Source of the DNA: a virus
Lineage: Duplodnaviria > Caudoviricetes
Direction: 5' to 3' (one strand)
Virus record (IMG/VR): IMGVR_UViG_3300030372_003090
Location: 1 to 29,723 of that record
Length of the DNA stretch: 29,723 nucleotides
Shown here: positions 28,036-29,723 of the stretch, piece by piece
Layout of the letters: each line of letters opens with the position of its first letter
Position numbering within the stretch: position 1 is the stretch's first letter
Program-made: the position numbers and the translations under genes
Notes under the pieces: generated by a model
What the model was told of the DNA's origin: nothing
Database searches by the model: none
The model's input: only the letters and a program-made list of their open reading frames with translations

Positions 28036-28196
28036 GTAGAAAGAAGAGTTAACCTAAGTGTCAACTTGTCCTACATAACTTCTTGAGTTGTTAAGTGGTC
28101 GGCATTATGCTACCCATTTAGGATAACCTTCTTCATAGTCTTACTATGTGCACAATGTCAGAAGAGCACAGGAATCATAGTAAGGCTATCTTTTTT
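28036..28196 (+). ncRNA. Predicted structured ncRNA (~160 nt, two domains, ends in a T6 tract)
   Basis: Stem 28041-28060/28115-28133 encloses two hairpins. A 14-bp stem 28135-28148/28176-28189 is followed by CTTTTTT. No SD-led ORF. Confidence 0.6.
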
Positions 28197-28213
28197 AAGT
28201 ACAAGAAGAAAGG

Positions 28214-28227
28214 TGTCTCCCTTTTTT
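28214..28227 (+). promoter_or_regulatory. Invariant motif copy 2
   Basis: Exact match with no complementary 5' arm for TGTCTC. 40 nt before ATG 28268. Confidence 0.65.
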
Positions 28228-28267
28228 ACAGTACAATTCAGTACAGCTAATTAAGGAGTAATTAACT

Positions 28268-28441
28268 ATGTTAATGAGAACATTTAAATGGATTGGACAT
28301 CAAATAGCAGTAGCAATTATGGGCTTCAAAGAAGGTTATGCTACAGGCAAATTAGATGCAGAAGGACAACAGGTTAAGAGGGCAATGGAAGAAAGACAGA
28401 AGGAGAATAGTAGAACAACACCTCATCCTTCTGGTGCATAG
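28268..28441 (+). CDS. Small early protein (57 aa; not in ORF track)
   Basis: TAAGGAG SD; MLMRTFKWIGHQIAVAIMGFKEGYATGKLDAEGQQ...PSGA. Confidence 0.75.
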   Translation: MLMRTFKWIGHQIAVAIMGFKEGYATGKLDAEGQQVKRAMEERQKENSRTTPHPSGA

Positions 28442-28449
28442 AATAGAAA

Positions 28450-28478
28450 GGGTTGACACTTATGTGTCTCCCTTTTTT
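28450..28478 (+). terminator. Motif copy 3 (28465-28478) within a terminator hairpin
   Basis: GGG-tt-GACAC-ttat-GTGTC-t-CCC-TTTTTT. Confidence 0.7.
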
Positions 28479-28502
28479 ACAGATAAATAAAGGAATTGAA
28501 CT

Positions 28503-28730
28503 ATGTTAAATAAAATATTAATCTTTTCATTATTAGCCTCATATTCGGCTTGTTTCTGGTATGTGATATTCGGGTATGGGTTGGGAGGAGATAGCTTCTT
28601 TATGACCCCATTAAGGACTTTAGAATATATCTTCGTAATGAATAAAACAGAGTGTTATGTATCTTGGATATTCTTGGCTGGAGTATGTTGTTATTTCACA
28701 CCAAGATTTATAAAGAGAGATGTCAGTTGA
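28503..28730 (+). CDS. Small early membrane protein (75 aa, two hydrophobic segments)
   Basis: AAGGA SD; ILIFSLLASYSACFWYVIFGYGL and YVSWIFLAGVCCYF. Confidence 0.75.
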   Translation: MLNKILIFSLLASYSACFWYVIFGYGLGGDSFFMTPLRTLEYIFVMNKTECYVSWIFLAGVCCYFTPRFIKRDVS

Positions 28731-28744
28731 TGTCTCCCTTTTTT
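28717..28744 (+). terminator. Motif copy 4 (28731-28744) within a terminator hairpin overlapping the stop codon
   Basis: GAGATGTC-agtt-GATGTCTC-cc-TTTTTT (two G:U pairs). Confidence 0.7.
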
Positions 28745-28767
28745 ACAGATAATTAAAAGGATTAAAA

Positions 28768-28932
28768 ATGTTAAAGATACAGAGTTATGATGAATGGTTT
28801 AAAGAAAATGAAAAACTATTAAGAATAGTATTTGCAAATAGTGGAGTTGATAAAGAAATGGATTTTGATTTTGAATGGGAATGTTATAAGAAATATGGAA
28901 TGTATTACTCAATATATGGAGAGGCATCTTAA
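28768..28932 (+). CDS. Small early protein (54 aa; not in ORF track)
   Basis: AAGGA SD; MLKIQSYDEWFKENEKLLRIVFANSGVDKEMDFDFEWECYKKYGMYYSIYGEAS. Confidence 0.75.
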   Translation: MLKIQSYDEWFKENEKLLRIVFANSGVDKEMDFDFEWECYKKYGMYYSIYGEAS

Positions 28933-28950
28933 TTGATGTCTCCCTTTTTT
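28921..28950 (+). terminator. Motif copy 5 (28937-28950) within a terminator hairpin
   Basis: GAGGCATC-ttaatt-GATGTCTC-cc-TTTTTT. Confidence 0.7.
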
Positions 28951-28977
28951 ACAATATAATTAAGGAGTTTAAAGACT

Positions 28978-29151
28978 ATGGATGTATTAGTAGATACAGT
29001 AGTTGATAGTTTCACACCTAATCCTGATGTAGAAATCTATACTGTTATAGATGAATCAGGCGATAAGGTATTCCAAACTTATGATTCTTGCGAGGCTTAT
29101 AGTTATGTCGATGAGATGAACTTATTAAGAGAAGAATTGAGGAGTCATTAG
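28978..29151 (+). CDS. Small acidic early protein (57 aa; not in ORF track)
   Basis: TAAGGAG SD; MDVLVDTVVDSFTPNPDVEIYTVIDESGDKVFQTYDSCEAYSYVDEMNLLREELRSH. Confidence 0.75.
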   Translation: MDVLVDTVVDSFTPNPDVEIYTVIDESGDKVFQTYDSCEAYSYVDEMNLLREELRSH

Positions 29152-29157
29152 TTACTT

Positions 29158-29188
29158 GGGAGATGTCTATATGATGTCTCCCTTTTTT
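29158..29188 (+). terminator. Motif copy 6 (29175-29188) within a terminator hairpin
   Basis: GGGAGATGTC-tatat-GATGTCTCCC-TTTTTT (10 bp, two G:U). Confidence 0.75.
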
Positions 29189-29209
29189 GTACACAAATAA
29201 GAGGTAAAA

Positions 29210-29437
29210 ATGAAAGAAATTGAACAAATGGGTAAAGGTATTGAAGAATTTAGCACCTACTTATCATCTGTATTTCCAAGCTTTAAAGAGGATACTATTG
29301 AATCTGTTAAAATGCAGCTAAAAGCACAAAAACAGGTAACTGATGATTGTAGGCATATAATAAAAAACCTTGAACAAGAGCTAAAGAAGAAAAATGGAAT
29401 AATATCAGCTCAAAAACAAGCCTTACTTGAACAATAA
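29210..29437 (+). CDS. Small early coiled-coil protein (75 aa)
   Basis: GAGGT SD; heptad-like C-terminal half. Confidence 0.75.
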   Translation: MKEIEQMGKGIEEFSTYLSSVFPSFKEDTIESVKMQLKAQKQVTDDCRHIIKNLEQELKKKNGIISAQKQALLEQ

Positions 29438-29443
29438 AAGAAC

Positions 29444-29474
29444 GAGGCATCCTTATAGGGTGTCTCCCTTTTTT
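29444..29474 (+). terminator. Motif copy 7 (29461-29474) within a terminator hairpin
   Basis: GAGGCATCC-ttata-GGGTGTCTC-cc-TTTTTT. Confidence 0.7.
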
Positions 29475-29529
29475 ACAGATGATATGAAATGTATTCGTAT
29501 CCGTAACTTAATGTAGAAAGGGTTAATCA

Positions 29530-29723
29530 ATGAATTGGTTATCTTATATCGTAACACCTAAAGGGCAAGACAACATTCAAACAGCAGATATTTCTAAAGC
29601 AGATTTATTTGTATTTCCAAAAGAAGAATGGTCTGAAGATAAAGTACAGATTGTAGCTAACTTTCACGAATTTCGTGGAGATATTAGAGAAAGTGCATCA
29701 GGTACTTGCTACAATGTATTCAG
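29530..29723 (+). CDS. Early protein, 3'-partial (MNWLSYIVTPKGQDNIQTAD...)
   Basis: AAAGGG SD-like sequence; frame open to the window end. Confidence 0.7.
   Translation, partial: MNWLSYIVTPKGQDNIQTADISKADLFVFPKEEWSEDKVQIVANFHEFRGDIRESASGTCYNVF

Noticed and set aside
28036-28196. tRNA or hammerhead ribozyme
   Set aside because: No cloverleaf or TTC T-loop. CAGAAGA...GAAT deviates from the required CUGANGA...GAAA core.
28022-29474. CRISPR array or integron attC interpretation of the repeats
   Set aside because: The repeat is only 14 bp, the intervening segments are about 180-270 bp and mostly protein-coding, there are no RYYYAAC/GTTRRRY attC cores, and no cas or integrase gene is in the window.
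29484-29516. 10-codon ORF MKCIRIRNLM after motif copy 7
   Set aside because: No SD and too short to support.

Overview
AT-rich tailed-phage (podovirus-like) genome segment. Bases 1-27787 are one minus-strand late/virion module. In transcription order it holds an aaRS-II catalytic-domain paralogue, a probable TerS, a DUF3310 protein, TerL, a P22-type portal, scaffold, major capsid, head-tail ring proteins, tail fibre, holin/M15 endolysin, a metallophosphoesterase, a tail nozzle and ejection-type proteins. It ends in a giant ORF (6398 to <1, >2130 aa) that is missing from the ORF track because it runs off the window. That ORF carries the ordered motifs of a two-barrel single-chain RNA polymerase of the crAss-virion-RNAP/QDE-1 type, with an unusual DKDSD catalytic loop. 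After a strand switch at about 27.8-28.0 kb comes a plus-strand array of six small genes and one predicted ~160-nt structured ncRNA. Each unit is preceded by an invariant 14-mer, TGTCTCCCTTTTTT (7 copies), which also forms the 3' arm of a terminator hairpin whenever it follows a CDS. Best candidate for an undescribed system (inference): a divergent virion RNAP, its fused terminator-promoter cassette elements and an early ncRNA, in a phage that does not look like Crassvirales. All family assignments come from reading motifs by eye. No database search was run.
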